64,000 nucleotides of DNA from Catajapyx aquilonaris (GCA_000934665.2 KZ538093.1:62001-126000), one strand, 5' to 3'; shown: positions 24,449 through 38,806, counted from the stretch's first letter. The notes: a model not told the origin generated them from the sequence alone. Numbers and translations are program-made.

Positions 24449-27400
24449 GTGTATTCTTGAGCAGTCTTGCAATTTTCATTCAAAATGTAGGTGACATAAT
24501 GAAACTTGAATTTAAACTGCATTCTCATTAGGTGTAGCAGGCCATGAAAGGGTCATAGGGCATGGTGTAATGTGTATTGAGATTAATGCTAATTATCTTG
24601 GTGATGCATTAGAGAGCAAGTGACCTGCACATATTGCAATCCTCTGGTGCCCAGAATTTCATCCTAGAAGTTTCTCTGAATCAGGAATTGCCCTGTTTAA
24701 TCATTGACTCAGAGGCTTGTCGGGAAGGTTGGGAAGGGTATAGAGGAAAATGTAGCATAGGTAATAATTTTAGGAATCATTATTAGGGTTAAGACAAAGC
24801 ACACTAGTGTGTGCAGGATGGCTTCCTCCTCTTCATACAGGTGACTGTTCATAGCAATAACAGCATGTCACTACTCTTTAGGGCATTTCAAAATACCTGT
24901 CAGTACACAAAGGAAAAAGTTGCACACTGTAAGTATAGGTGCAACTTGCATATGTGTCACATCAAACATGTACAGTAGATGGCAATTTTTTGAGAATTGT
25001 TTTTAGAAATGCTTCAAATCAAACAGTTCAATACTGAAGAAGAACTGTCTACAAATTCAAAAAATATAATGAGTGGAATATAAGCAAATTGATCCCTAGC
25101 ATCTGATAAGTGACATGTGCCACAATAACAATGCCTTTAACCTGGTTAAAATGCAGGGAAAAGAGAAACTGTGCCCTCCACCTACCCCACCCCAGTGTCC
25201 CTTGCTACTGTTACTCGAGATGTCATTACTTGTTAGTCACCTGGTCAACAAGGAAAGCGTGGTAATATGGAAGTGCGTGGATTTTCGACATGTATTGTAC
25301 CCCTACGAGGGGATTTCAGATGGGCGGAAGGGCCACGCCTCAGTCCAACTTTGGAGTGATCCCACACTATCTATTGTTTCAAGTTTTAATTATTGGGAGA
25401 GTTAACTGAATATAATTTCTGAACCTATGAAATTGGACCAGATTCTGGAGCTTTAAACCTGCTTTTGTTCAAAAGATGAATAGCTTTTGTGTTTTCTGAA
25501 CACTTCCCTACCGTAATCTGACTGTGATGATTTCGTTAAATAGAGAGTAAACTGGCTTGTTGGAATGAAAAGGTTCCCTCGTAGGTATTGCACCGTAAAA
25601 TTAGATTGAAGGAAAGCATCCCACTAGGTCCTAATATATTATTAATTTACGAGTGCAAGCCATTTCGGCTTAAGCATTTTGACCCATTGCCATTTGAGGT
25701 CCTGGGTAAACCAGTTAGGTGTAGATAGGACTATTTCTCACCCCTTTTCCTTCCTGCCTCTCTCCCTTTCGCTCCACCACTGCTCCCACCTGCAGTAATG
25801 ATCAAGATGTGTCCTTTTCACAGAATGTTAACTGGGGAGTATTTTTATATAGCACAAAAGTGACTCAATAATAAGCAGCCCATCTTGGTGAGGACAACCT
25901 TCTAACTGAAACAGACAATGAGTCTGGATCATCTACCTGAAGGAAGTTCAATCTTACTAGTATGTCATCTAGCTGCCTGAAGATTCTATGGTACAGAACA
26001 AACATAAATTGAGACGGTGTGAAGTGTCAGTCATGCACCAAATGCTAAAGATGTAGGTGATGCCAAATATTGGTTGCACATCAGCATAATATGCTGAAAC
26101 ACCCATGGAATAGATTATGGAACATGTCCATATAATCATGATCAGGCCTAGCCTGAGTCATATGCACTCTAGAACATGTGGCCTATTTAATCTGCTCATG
26201 TTAAGGACTAGCATACATGTTAAGATATGAACAAATTGCCTGGAAGACCATGCTTATGGATGTGGATTGCTGAGCGTCTAGATGTATCCATATGTTTGTC
26301 ATCACCAGTAGTTGCTGCCTCAACATTTCTCACCCTTACATTTTATGCTTAATTTTGTCCAAGGAATCAATTGGCAGTTGGCTGAAATCCTAGTAAGAAA
26401 CACCTTATATCACTTTCTAGGCATGGGGTCTGAATATACTGGCATGCAATTTTACACTGTGGTAATGAGGATCGTAGATGGTTATAGGGGATCAGAAGGG
26501 CATTCTACCACTTAACAGATTCATATAATTAATTACAATTTGGACTGAATTTACACCTTTTGCGCCAATTTTTTTGGAATTGTTTCATTACCGAGGAATG
26601 GTAGTATTCTTACCTGACACATTGATGGATGGAAGACTATTGATATCCTTGCACGTGTACTAGACTGGTCAAAGTATGGAAGTGTGGTTACAAGAATCAT
26701 GCAACCAATTTGGTAATACTGTTAAATATGGTTGAATTATTGTCAACTTACAATTTTTTTCTGAATGTCAAATGGTCACAATAAACAAGAATGGCAAAAA
26801 TTTTAATTTTACTGCTATACAAACTGACATTAGTGAAATTGATGATGGTATATTGCTCTAATAAATTGTTGCCACACTACCATCTTGTCCTTGAATGAGG
26901 ATCATAACTGTCCAACTTCTTTCTAAGAGAAATCTGGCCAAATTTGCACATAATTTCCGGGTACTGTATAACCAATGTCGAATCCACTGATGGAACTGGC
27001 CATCGAAGCAAGAATTTGGGCTAGCTTGTAGCCGGTACAGTTAAAGTGTGCAAGAAGTGAAAGAAAGAGCACTTTTGCACTCAGCCCAGGGTGAGTGCCA
27101 GAGTGGGCAAACGACTATTGAGTCTGCAAAGAAAGCATGAGAGGGAGCAGGGCAATGCTGGAAGTTTGGGGATGGGGAAAGGGGACCTGTCAGGTAGCTG
27201 CTGGAATGGCAGTGGAGGTTGCTGACTTGTCCACTGCTCATGACTGGTGACCTGGCAGGCATTGGATTTGCTTTCATGACAATGGAAACTGGGCAAGAGG
27301 CAGGCAAGGCTGGTTTGCATATGAGGACATTGGATGCCACAGACATGTGCATGTATCGGTGCCTCACGGGTAGATTCTTTCTCACTCTCAATTCTGTAAA

Positions 27401-27590
27401 ATTTCCCTCATCATGCTCCCTGGATTGAGTGTGCGGCTCTTTATCTTGTGCCATTGTAAATAGGCCTTTAGGGATTGTGCACGGAGTACATTCACACTGC
27501 GACAGAGGGGTTTCAACTTGAGTTCGAGAAAAATTACAAACCTTTGCATTTCCAGTATTTTACATGGGTATAATTAACTATGAAATTCAG

Positions 27591-27900
27591 GGGGAGGTGG
27601 AGTGGCACTGCGGTAACGTATGCGCTCACGGATGGAGGGGTCCCGGGTTCAATCCCAGTCCGGGGTCTCCCCCCTTCATCTCGTGCAGAGTTGGGTCGTC
27701 CCTGGCTTCGTCTAGGGTGGAATCTCCGATAGAGTAATCCACCCGGGGAGTTCACAAAATGTACCATTTGAAACATTGCACTTGCACTTTGCACATCCCC
27801 TCCCAGTCACCCTGCCCTTGGACCAGGGCGATTCGTAAAAAGGTTCACTCCAAAAGGGCCAAAGATGGCCCAGCACGGGGTAAATAAACAACAACATAAA
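27591..27900 (+). mobile_element. tRNA-derived SINE, family B
   Basis: A-box TGGCACTGCGG, B-box GGTTCAATCCC; body homologous to the reverse complement of 53830-54048; A/CAA-rich tail. Confidence 0.85.
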
Positions 27901-28195
27901 AACAATGATATTCGAGAATTACAGGCCACAGTTCGTATGAATTTTTTCATTGACAAAATCTGCTGCCTGAGATAGTAAAAAAAAGAGGATGAACTGAAAC
28001 TAGGCAGGCAAGAGGTGGTGGAGGGTAAAGATAAAAAATCATGCAGATGTACTTTTGTTACATTTCCTTGCATTCTGTTGGCTCAGCCATTTCTTCGTGT
28101 CGTCTCTTTCAAGTTGCAGATGTAGTGGGGTATTTTGTAGTGGTTGTACAACTTGACCTTCCAACCTCACCATTTTTCACCCTTGTTCCCCACAG

Positions 28196-28335
28196 AAATT
28201 TATCGAATTGTGTCACAGAAGCAAATACGTGACCCTCCTGAAGGAGATACCATTCGACCGCAGAATGTCGAGCCCATTGATGTGAAGCCAACTGTCAATT
28301 CTGAAAATGTGCGCAGGCAGTGTTGCCAGACATAA
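28196..28335 (+). CDS. Rab11: Rab11 last coding exon (EIYRIVSQKQI...NVRRQCCQT*)
   Basis: Acceptor ccccacag; C-terminal CC prenylation motif; joined CDS 651 nt = 216 aa + stop. Confidence 0.97.
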
Positions 28336-31300
28336 TATCCCTGAAAGACAACTAAAGCAAGAACCTACAGCCAGGTTATAAAATTATATTTTCATCTTTA
28401 GTTTCCTTTGTTATTTTCTCTGTAGTTTACAACTAATGGGTTATATAGAATAAGATGTGTGTGCAAAATTTTCTAGGCTGGAGTGATACTTGCCTGTTGC
28501 ATATCACATGAAAGTCATTTCAGTTCATGCCACAGGTGAAAACCTGATAAATTTTGTTGGCAAATAATTGCACTGTATTGACACATTGCATGAAAGTGAC
28601 AGTGCTTGTTTGTGGCATGTAAAAATGTTTTCCACATCTCAGGATGAATATGGTCAAAAGTGACATAAATTGTCTGGAAAACTGGGTTGTATGAAATAGC
28701 AACTTTTGCAAGGTGACCGTGGAAGAGTCTCCTGGCGTCTGTCTGTCTGCAGTTCACACACTTGTTGATACCTCAAAGCAATCTTGCATGAGGTACTCTT
28801 TAAGTTTTTTCCTTGCATTATGAATACATTTTGAGTGAGCTGTAAGACGAATCTCTTAATTTTTATTGTTAAATGAAGTTATGATTTTGGCCCTTTGTTA
28901 TGGGAAGACATTATCTTAGAATTACAATTTTTGAATGGTTTGTTTGGCACTGATAGGTAAAAAGAAAGCATGCAAATTGGTGACGTCCAGAGTCTGTTCC
29001 CAAGATGCCTGTTTCACCTTGACAAAGCAGTCCTTAATAAGTATTGCAGTGTTGCATAGTGAAATATTGATATCAAACGTGCTGGCCATGGTTTGTAAAT
29101 GTTCACCAATTTTAATCACTTGTGGCACATTTTCCAAGTGTGTTGTGACTGTATTTAGTTCCCACCTGGCCCACAGTTGATGAAAGTGGGTCTGATTTTT
29201 ATGGGATGCTTCGTGTAGAACAGTTGGCAACCCTTCTGACTGGGGAGGTTGCCTTCACTCTTGCTTCCTGAACTTGGTGATATGTTGCAGAAGAATCGGG
29301 ATGAAAAGGTGCACAGTTACTCTTAAAAAGTGGAACAACGCATTGACTATCTGAAGCCAAGATTTACTGCCGTTGTTGGGGAATTGTTGGATAATACAGG
29401 ACCAGGAACACCCTGGCGTAATGCTGCAAAATCGTATTTCTGTTGCAGTAGTCCCTTATCCAGGAATAGACAAGCGCAGGAGGTGGAATGTGCAAGTCAA
29501 TTTCGCTACTAGTGTCCCAAATGGCTTGTTGCAGTGATGAAGCCAGTCAGTGCTCAGGGGAGACGTGATGCCATGTGGGATGTGGCAATAATCACTTGGC
29601 TTGCGGAACATCTCTGTCATGGGCAGGCACAATTAAGTAATGTTGAAGGGTGTGATATGGGAGTGGATCAAAGGCATTTGCTTGGTCATTAAATGACGGA
29701 CAATGATCCAACCTCAAATTGAAAGGCTTCACAAGCCAAGTGGCAGAAATGATGCCATGCTGTCACATCTTCCGTGAGAGGTCATTTGCTTTGCCATTGG
29801 TTTGTAGTTTAAAGGGGAACTAAATTTAATACTCTGGTGTTTTCTTGTAGCAATATAATCACTACAGCTATTAGCTTACAAAATATATTTTTGTTAAATG
29901 TCTCCAGCCCTATTCCATAATGTGTAAAAAGTGATGCACTTGACATAGTGTGAAAATGTGAATTGATAATTGCAGACTGTACTGCCTTCCTTGTTCTGAT
30001 TAATGTTTGATTTGTAGTGGGACAATAATTATTGGGAAGAGGACAGGCGGGTGGAGGGGAGTGCTGAAAGTAACTGCAATCAGGTGGGAGTGACATAATA
30101 ACGAACAATGCAATACTGTAGTGTACAAGGACGTCTTTGTTTGCTACATGATATGGTTCCACTGATTTTGTCTTTGTTATCCAATGTCCATAAAAAAGTG
30201 CATGTCATTCACTGATATGTGCATCACTTGTTTCCCACATGGAGAGATTCGTCTTGAAGTTCGCTATAATTAAGGCATCTTGTACACATCCTGCTGCTAT
30301 GTAGCCTTGTTTGAATAAATTTTGCCAGAGATTATCAGTGTACCAATTAACGGTCCACGTGAGTAACCTGCTACCATAGAACTAGCTGTCCCAGTAGTAG
30401 TTTGCGAAAATTGCTTTGCTAACAAAGTTCTTGAAATGCGTCAATCGTTTCATATGAATGAGGTTTCACAGTACAAGTCAGGAATGCTTCTCGAAAAATT
30501 GCAGGCTTCAAGAAAGCAGTAACTGATAATGATAGAGTGGTTAGCTTAAGACTGATCTCTTGGAATAACCATATGACAGCAAACAGCACTTTTGTTCACC
30601 AGTCACAGTCAATCAGTAATGGACAATGGTCGCAAATGAATTTCCTAAGTTACAGTGTTACTGCAGGCTTGTTGTAAAGGCTGATTGTTACTAGAAATGA
30701 CATGACAATATCACCTGCATACCGAAGAAACTATGGTAGGTGGCTTCTCTAAGTGGTACTAATGTCTTCCTACTCTGTCACTTGCAAATGAGTACCTACT
30801 AGTGGCTGCATGTAATGTGGAGGAAGCCTTTTGCTAGTCTTTTTAGGCTTGTCCTGAGTTTTGTAGGTGTATTGAGTCGTACTTTCTTCTCTTTTGTTAC
30901 TTAAGTTGCCTCAAAACAGGCAGTTGTGGAAAGCAGGTCATCATTAAAGAAATAGCAAACGCTTCCTGGATCAATTTGTCGCTGTGCACAATAATTTTTA
31001 GTAATTGTTGTACCTAACGAGATAGAAACAAAATCAAAATCAATTTTTCTCCTGTAGGGTAATAAGCATTTTAATGAATGTTGCTCTAAAAGATGCCCTA
31101 CTATAGCTGTAAATATTGAAATAAAAATTCCTGCACCGTCCAATTTCTTATGTCACCAGTTTAAAAGCGGAAATTTCCCAAATGTGAAAGCCTAGTTTTT
31201 CACAACTGGTAAACCCAATAGGGAAAAATTGAGACTCTTTTGCTTCTGATATTGTTAGGTGCGTTCTCCATCAAAAAATTATGGTGCACACTCACAAATC

Positions 31301-34300
31301 GATCTGAGGGGAATCCTTGAAATGTGTGTGAGTCTGTAAGCATCCAATCATGAGGCAGTCAACAGAAGATTTTAATTGAAATAAATCTCATGTACATAGT
31401 CAAGAAATTTGCTATAATTTCCTGCAATGTACAGAAGTTTACTGTTGGTGACAATCTTCTGATTTGTTGCATTAAACGTTTGCCGTGCACATCGCTTCTC
31501 AAAGAGGAGGGAGCGAAATCCTCTCAACTAACCTTTCCGCTGTAGATGTTTGTGAAATGTATGTATTATTTCATTGTGACACCACCAAACATATTTTGAG
31601 CAAGCATGGTTGTTGTTTTGGGGGTCAATTGAGCATTAAGTTCAAGAAATAAGAATAGGTTTGCAGAATTGCATGTGGAAACTTCCATACCTTATGCATA
31701 AGGTGAGCCACATGGGAGATGTTGTCCACTTTCCTATTGTCATAAGCAAAATGTGTATTGCATGCCCATGTGACTTGTGACTAAGCCACTATTTCATACA
31801 ACCAGTAATACCTTTAGAAATTATGCAAGATTTTGTTGAGATTCAATGTTGTGGGCATTGCAAGTGCATGCCGTAAGTGTCTAGATGTTGCATGCAAGAT
31901 GGCAGGATATGAGGTTTTAATGAGGCAAAAACTTCCTTTTCAGAAATTTACCGCGTTGTGTTACAAACTCAGATGCCCAACAGTTTGGAGGAGGATCCAT
32001 CACCAGGAGATGGGAGGCCATTTCCTGTGGAGCCCACCGAAGAGAGTAGCAATATCAAGAAAAACTGTTGCCATTCGTGAAGCGGCAATTTGGCATGGCC
32101 CAAAATTCGTTTCTTGGAGCTTAACATTTTGCACGGGGCTTTTGTCAAACTTCAGGAAGGCTATATTGTTGCCATTATCTTTATTTTTATAGCGCATTTG
32201 CAGTGCTCTTGCGATGTATCCATCCGAATAATTGTTTATTAGTTACGAATGTTGTAGAATTATTGATAACACTGTACAGTTAGGGGACATTCCTTATAAT
32301 ATTCACCGCGGATTTTTTGTAGATCACATTTATGTTTAATGATGGGTATGAATATTGAAATATGATTTAAATTTACAATTTAGTGAGGGCGTGACATTGA
32401 GCAACTTGATATATGACTCCGGTCCTAGTTCTCAAAAGAGTACGAGGTAGCACATGAATGCATGGCAAATGATGTACAGTTAAATTTTTGAGGGAATTGA
32501 TTTTTTTGGAAGAGTTTATTGCATTAGTACTTGTTTATTGTTTATTACTACTATTGCTTCTTGTTCAATAATAATCACACATTCATGACGGCAATTGATA
32601 ATGTAATGCCAGAATCGAGTGAATGAATGAATTGCTTGCATGTAATAATACAGTGTATTAGTTTCGTTAATTTGTGCCCTTTTTTGTGCTAGCCTTCTGT
32701 CCTCCACACACATTTCTAGTTTGGATGACTGATTAACCCCTGTGATTGTTCCACCTTGGACATGCCAGTCTCAGGTGGACATAGGAGGCACTGCCTTGTT
32801 TGCATAATTGTACAGCTTTTTAGTGACACTTGATTTTTCAGTGCAAAGAGCTTGTACCACAGGTTTTGAGTAAAGTTTCATGGGGGTGGATTCAGTAATG
32901 TGTGCAAACAAGCTTCCAAGTCCGCCACAGTTTGATGATGATTCTACAGGAACATTATTGCATCTCAATGTGAAGAGCTGCCTGCCAGTTGCAGTCCTTC
33001 ATAAAGCCTGTTTGGTTCTGAGGCAGGCAAGGATGGCAAGACAAGATTGGAAACTTCACGAAATGAGCATCTGCTATGATTCTGGTGGTTCGACATGAAA
33101 ACACATTCAGAGAAAAGGGAAAAGTACAGCACGCTGTGGATGCACGTGTACCTTTGACTTGTGGAATGCATATTTGCATGTGTTATTCAGTCCATACCCT
33201 GGTCTTTTAATTTATCACGTCACTGATCGGTTATTGCCCTTTGAAATTATTGGGTATCGCTTGTGCAGGAACTGTTTGAACACTTGAGGGCGATTTTGTT
33301 GCGAGATGATGCACCTATGGTGATGAATGTAGCATTTGGAAGGCTGTCACAAATAAAAGCATATTGACAAAGTACACCAATTTCAGAGGCAGGTTGACAC
33401 CAAATCTGCTTTCAAACCACAACATGTTTATTGTTCCAGGTTGACAATACAGTTGAAGAAATAACGTGCCACCTCTTGATACATGTCCCAACAAATAACG
33501 ATTACATAACCAGAGGCACAGCATGCACAGACTAGGAGAACCTGGGTTCTTTGATCCCAAAAAATTCAACTGAAACCAAACTGATGCTTGTTAATTTAAA
33601 CACTGGAATAAATTACACCAAGCTTCTAATATGAACATTGTTGAAGTACAGTTCATTTTTTTGCAGTGCTACCAACTATGTAAGACATGCATTTGAAGTT
33701 GTGTGACTTATGCTGGCATAAAAATAAACAAATAATGCTATTTTTTTCATTAGTGAACTGCATGATTGCATGGCTTGAGGGCGAGGCAGGATGATTATTC
33801 CATGTTAATGATGGAAGACCGCTACACAAAACATCGTCGCACGACACTTTTGAAGCATCAGTTTTCATTCTTCCTATGGTGGGAGTATCACAGCCAAAAA
33901 GATTATCCATGTTGCAAGGCTCCAATGTGTTATGAAAAACTGGTCATGTCCAGAGGTGCCAATCATATCCCTTTTGTTGCAACTGCAATACCTCGGAAGG
34001 GGGTGGGTGGAATAAAAGACATAGAAGAGGGGCAGATAGCGACGATGAAAAAATGTTAGGTGAGTCACGGGGTTGGTAGGTGATAGTCGTTGTTCACAAT
34101 ACCTCTCCAAAATGTTCGGCACCCCTGGTGATGTCCCAACATGAATGTACAGGAGCATGCATCATGAACTGAAAAGCCTGCTCTGTAAATTCACTTTAGA
34201 ATAGAGACATCGCTAGTTTTCCAGTACACTTGGGCCCTTGAACCACGGATTGCCTCAATATGTTTGGCCATGATAGGACTTGTATGCAGTAAATATTACT

Positions 34301-36252
34301 GGACAGCATACGTTCTCACCGAAAGATTTGTACAATGTAAAAAAATACATCAATCTTGCGAACTTTTAGCAGCTCTTTCTAAATTGGCATCACTGCGGAA
34401 CGTAATTCTTAAATTTATATACATGCTCCTTCATTTGGTAACAAGTCTCAATTTTTAAATAGGTACAATTCATTATACACAGCAATGTACAATATAGCTA
34501 CCATTGAGTAATGGCATAATATTAATGGAGGCACAGGTACAATAATTACCCTCTTTGGCCATTGCCCTGCGAGAAGTGAAATGCAGAAAATGTTACAGGA
34601 AAAGGAATGGTGTCTGAATGTTACGATGAAATATATCCGATTCTACGGTATGCCGTGGAATAAATCTGAATAGACCTATAGAAACGAGGACCTAACTCGG
34701 AAGAAAATAGTGGGTATGGAGAACAAATGAATCGAATTCTAAAAATAGAGTAGTCCCAGCCACCAGAATTAGTATACCATGTGTTTCATAAGTTAGCTAG
34801 CAGCCATATCAGTTATATATGTGAGCCAACATGAAATGTAGAGAGTGCACAAGGGAAAGAAAAGATTCCCATATCTGTGTGTGTAATTAGGCCTTGTTCC
34901 ATTCTCTGTTGCAGGTTTTTCGTAGTGCACCTTTTCTATGTAGAAAAATAATGTGCATACCAATACCTAATTCACAACTATCACAAAACACCAACAACTT
35001 CATTCTTTTCTCTCAGGGAAGATGCTCTAAATTTGTGGAAGAGAAACGAGGTTCATTTGATATTGGGTAATTAGTATCAATGAATAAGTCACTCATTCAC
35101 TGATTTTAATGCATCATGCTATCAAGGCTGGATGGAGATTATCAAATAGGAATAGAGTTTAGAGCAAAGCTTCCATCACTACTTCAAGGTCAGTCTACAG
35201 GTAACACATGCGTGACCTAACAGTTCTCAATAGAACAAGGACCCAAATCACTTAATTATACCCACATAACATGTGCCATGTCTACCGGGAAAAAATTTGC
35301 GGTTCAACCACCAAGACACGATTTACAATGGATTTTTGTCTGATATAGTGGAACTTGACTAATGCAGAAACGGACGGCATTGATAGGTTTCTGTGCGTAG
35401 AGGAATTTATGCTGCATTAAAGTGCGAGAAAGGAAAAAAATGATGGTGAACAGAGCCCGCATGAGAAAAAATGTCCCTCTCAAGTGGATGGCGGGTCGCA
35501 CACATTAGGAATTTGAAAAGCATATGATGCCCATTATGAAGCATGTAAAGCGCCAAAAATAATTTTCCCTAGTTTAGCATTGTTCGATATAACAGAAATT
35601 TAATGGTACAGTGTGATTCCACTATATACAGGTTTGACTGCAGTAATATATTTGTTTTTGGCATATGTTGCATGGGTGTTAATTTGACCTCTCAGAAAGA
35701 ATATCTGTTGTACACATATCTACTAATTTGGCACCTGGGGCTCATTTAGGGTTTTGTTCAACATTGACCCCCTGCGTTAGTCCTTTCTTTTTAAAATTGA
35801 AATTGTGCCCTTGATCTATTGGGCTGTTGAACTAACACATCAAGAACAGTATGAAGGAAAATCGGCCTGTATTCCTACAAGGACGGTACACTTGTCAATT
35901 TCTCTTGTCGAGAGATTGCCAAGAAACTTCGCTCTCTGAGAAAAACTCGGTTAATTGGGAGTTAGCTCTGAATACCCTGTAGCATTTCTTACAAATGCCT
36001 TGCACTTTTGACTTGAAGTATCATGCCAGTGGAGGAAAAAAATTTCCCATCCCAATTCCATGTAACATCATACCATCTTTGCACTCATGCCGTATTACCT
36101 ATTAGAACCATATTCACAACACTAAACAGTGTGGCATCTACTTTTATGGTGCATTAAGTTCGCAAAAACACCTTCATTCAATATTAAATCTTGTTCTTGT
36201 AACATGCAACATTCTTGTAACATGCTGGAATCTCCACTTGGATGAGGTGGTA

Positions 36253-36417
36253 CAGTGCTGGACATTAATGGCGTCGTTCTGGTGGCGCCACGAGCTGTTG
36301 GCGGCAAAACAGCAAATCGAAGTGATGAATTAGCAACCAATTCATCTCTTCAATTAGGTCATTTACCGCCAGTGGCTCATGGTGCCACCAGTAGGACACC
36401 ATTAATGTCCAGCACTG
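36253..36417. mobile_element. 165-bp fold-back element with hAT-like ends
   Basis: CAGTGCTGGACATTAATGG ... CCATTAATGTCCAGCACTG (19-bp perfect) plus degenerate inner arms; no clear TSD. Confidence 0.75.
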
Positions 36418-36894
36418 CAGGGCTTCATTCTCTGATGACTCCATGAGCTACGCCAGCAGTCACTTTTTCTACTGGCAGTCACCCTGTCAGGCAGGAACAG
36501 ACCAAGATAGATATTGCCTTCTCCCTCCCTCCCTCTCCCCATCTACCTCTGTCTTCTGAGTCAGATGGCCATAGTTGTTTTTTCCCCACTCAAACAAACA
36601 AACAAACAAACTTAACACTTCATGCACAGATCATTCACAGTATCATGCATGACAAGTCACTTCTCAGTTTATTTGTCCCATGTAAATTCCTCTTGCAGCA
36701 AAGCAACAAAATTCCATGGTGTAAAGCTTCTAGCTGAGCTGCTATTCAAATATTTATGATTCAATTTTTCAGAATCTGAAGTTTTCGGTGGTGCTACGAG
36801 TGAGCGTATGGGTACGGAACAAATTACATGTACACTGAAGATGGCTACAAACAGTGGAAATGGCTCGGTCCCAACCTACAGAGAATAGTGCCTC

Positions 36895-37029
36895 TTAATC
36901 CTTAACATCTTTGTAAGGCTGCACTGACCATCCAATGACCAAGCGGTCAAACCCACAGGTGAAGAGATTGGAGCGGAATCCGACATTCTCGTCAGCCCAG
37001 GCAGCTGCACACACCATACGTCGGTGGCC
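36895..37029 (-). CDS. WDR37: WDR37 last coding exon ([11 protein letters not shown]...[24 protein letters not shown])
   Basis: GHRRMVC and NLFTCGFDR motifs; joined CDS 1482 nt = 493 aa + stop; candidate minus-strand AATAAA at 36668-36673. Confidence 0.97.
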   Translation of the reverse strand, partial: GHRRMVCAAAWADENVGFRSNLFTCGFDRLVIGWSVQPYKDVKD

Positions 37030-37082
37030 CTAGATAAGCAGACATGTATTACTTAACAAAAAATGAGCCAACAACACTGTAC

Positions 37083-37329
37083 CTGTCTGTTGCTGCGAGG
37101 CAATCGTGCCAGTCGCTGTCCATTCACATCATAAAGACGGACATTGCGGTTGTCATGAGGAATGGCAATAACATTGCTGTGTGACACTGCCAATCGGTTA
37201 ACAGGTGAATCCAGATGGATTGTTGCGAGGGCTGATCGCATGTTACGAAGGTCCCATACCTTGACGCTGCGATCGTCCGATCCAGACACCACTTTATCCT
37301 CACGGGTGAATGTGGCGCATGTCACCATC
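37083..37329 (-). CDS. WDR37: WDR37 exon 8 (MVTCATF...[18 protein letters not shown]...[11 protein letters not shown]...[11 protein letters not shown])
   Basis: Diagnostic WDR37 motifs; canonical splice sites; phase 2 to 0. Confidence 0.97.
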
Positions 37330-38267
37330 CTGCCAGGAGTTAAAATGAACCACTTGTGACATATGATCAACATGTATCCCACCCCCTGCAAAATTATGAG
37401 GGAAAATCAGTCAGTCAAGTTTATACATTTCAAACTCTGTTCCATTAAAATGTTTCTACTGGGAAAATGCATATTAGTGCCTATTTTTAAATACATTGAT
37501 ATATGGCAGCATTTATTTCACTTCCTGCCTGCTTAGTCTTCCACATCTGAGAAACAGCCTTATGGCCAATTCTAAACCTCCTTCACATACTGCACTTCTA
37601 AGCAATTTCACAAATTCTGTAGTGCAAATGTGGGGCAGGAAGGGAGAAATATCACCTTGAATTGTGCTTATGGAAGCATCCACTTCTAGAAAGCGCTTCC
37701 AAGGCAGGCAATACTAATGACTTACATAAACTACACTGGGTCATAACACTGACAAAGCAAAATATAAACACTGACTAGGAGTGAGACATCAAGAGCTACA
37801 GAAGCTATTAATAAGTCACACGTTTTGGCAACCTGCCAAACTTATATCCAAGCCGGTTCCCCCTGCAACATTGGGATCACACATTTGCATGGCAAGCATA
37901 TGGAATGCAAGTGGCCATTCATGTCAACATGAGCCAAGTATGGAAGCAACCCTAAAGGAATTTGTTTCAAGAAATTCCCTGAGAGCTGATTTGCACCTTT
38001 GGTCAAAATTGATCAGTTGAGGTCATTGTCTTTTACCCAGTTTGGCATCCTTGAAACAACTAGACCCTTGAGAATAGGACCTCATTCCAAGGCCGAAGAC
38101 CCAGTTGCACATAAACACTTGACAAGTTTCATAACCCTCACTGACAGTAGAAATTCATGTTGAGAAACAAACTGAATGCCAACAGATACAAGAAACTGAT
38201 ACCTACAAACTGACTGGCTGGTTCTATAACTGCTCATGTTTACTCTGCTGACATACTCAGTACATAC

Positions 38268-38406
38268 TCAGTATGTCCCTGAAAAACAGCAACAGCATTG
38301 ATGGGTTCTCGGAAGTCCCACAGCCGGAATGTGGTGTCTTTGGAGGAAGTTACTACTAGTCGCTGTGTTGGATGAGCAACTGTGTGTGTCAGCTCCTGAT
38401 CATGTC
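38268..38406 (-). CDS. WDR37: WDR37 exon 7 ([47 protein letters not shown])
   Basis: Translated by hand; closely matches the WDR37 repeat; acceptor acag, donor GA|gtatgt. Confidence 0.97.
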
Positions 38407-38461
38407 CTGTAAAAAGATTTTATCCCAAATTCAGTAATTTGCTGTAATATTGTTGACTATA

Positions 38462-38806
38462 CAGGGTGTATACGAATAAATCTGCCAAAATGATACGGTG
38501 GGTGGTAGGGGATGCATATGAAAGAAGAATGGCAAGGGTCCAAAAGGCCATCCTGACAAGTGTGGATACCTCCGTACATGCCTGAATTGCCTGTTGCTGG
38601 AGTCAGGTGCTCTCACTACCAGACGTTGCTCAACCACCTGACTCCAGCAACCAGCAATGCAGGCATGCACGGGGGTATTCGTACTTGTCACATTATACAT
38701 CATCGATGTCAATGTTGCCAACAGACTTTCGGACCCTTGCCATTCTTCTTTCATATGTATCTCCTACCACCGTATCATTTTGGCAGATTTATTCGTATAC
38801 ACCCTG
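38462..38806. mobile_element. Tc1/mariner MITE with ~78-bp TIRs
   Basis: TA-CAGGGTGTATACGAATAAATCTGCCAAAATGATACGG ... exact inverse-TA. Confidence 0.92.

Noticed and set aside
25520..25600. Intronic box C/D snoRNA (TGATGA)
   Set aside because: No D box with a terminal stem at a suitable distance
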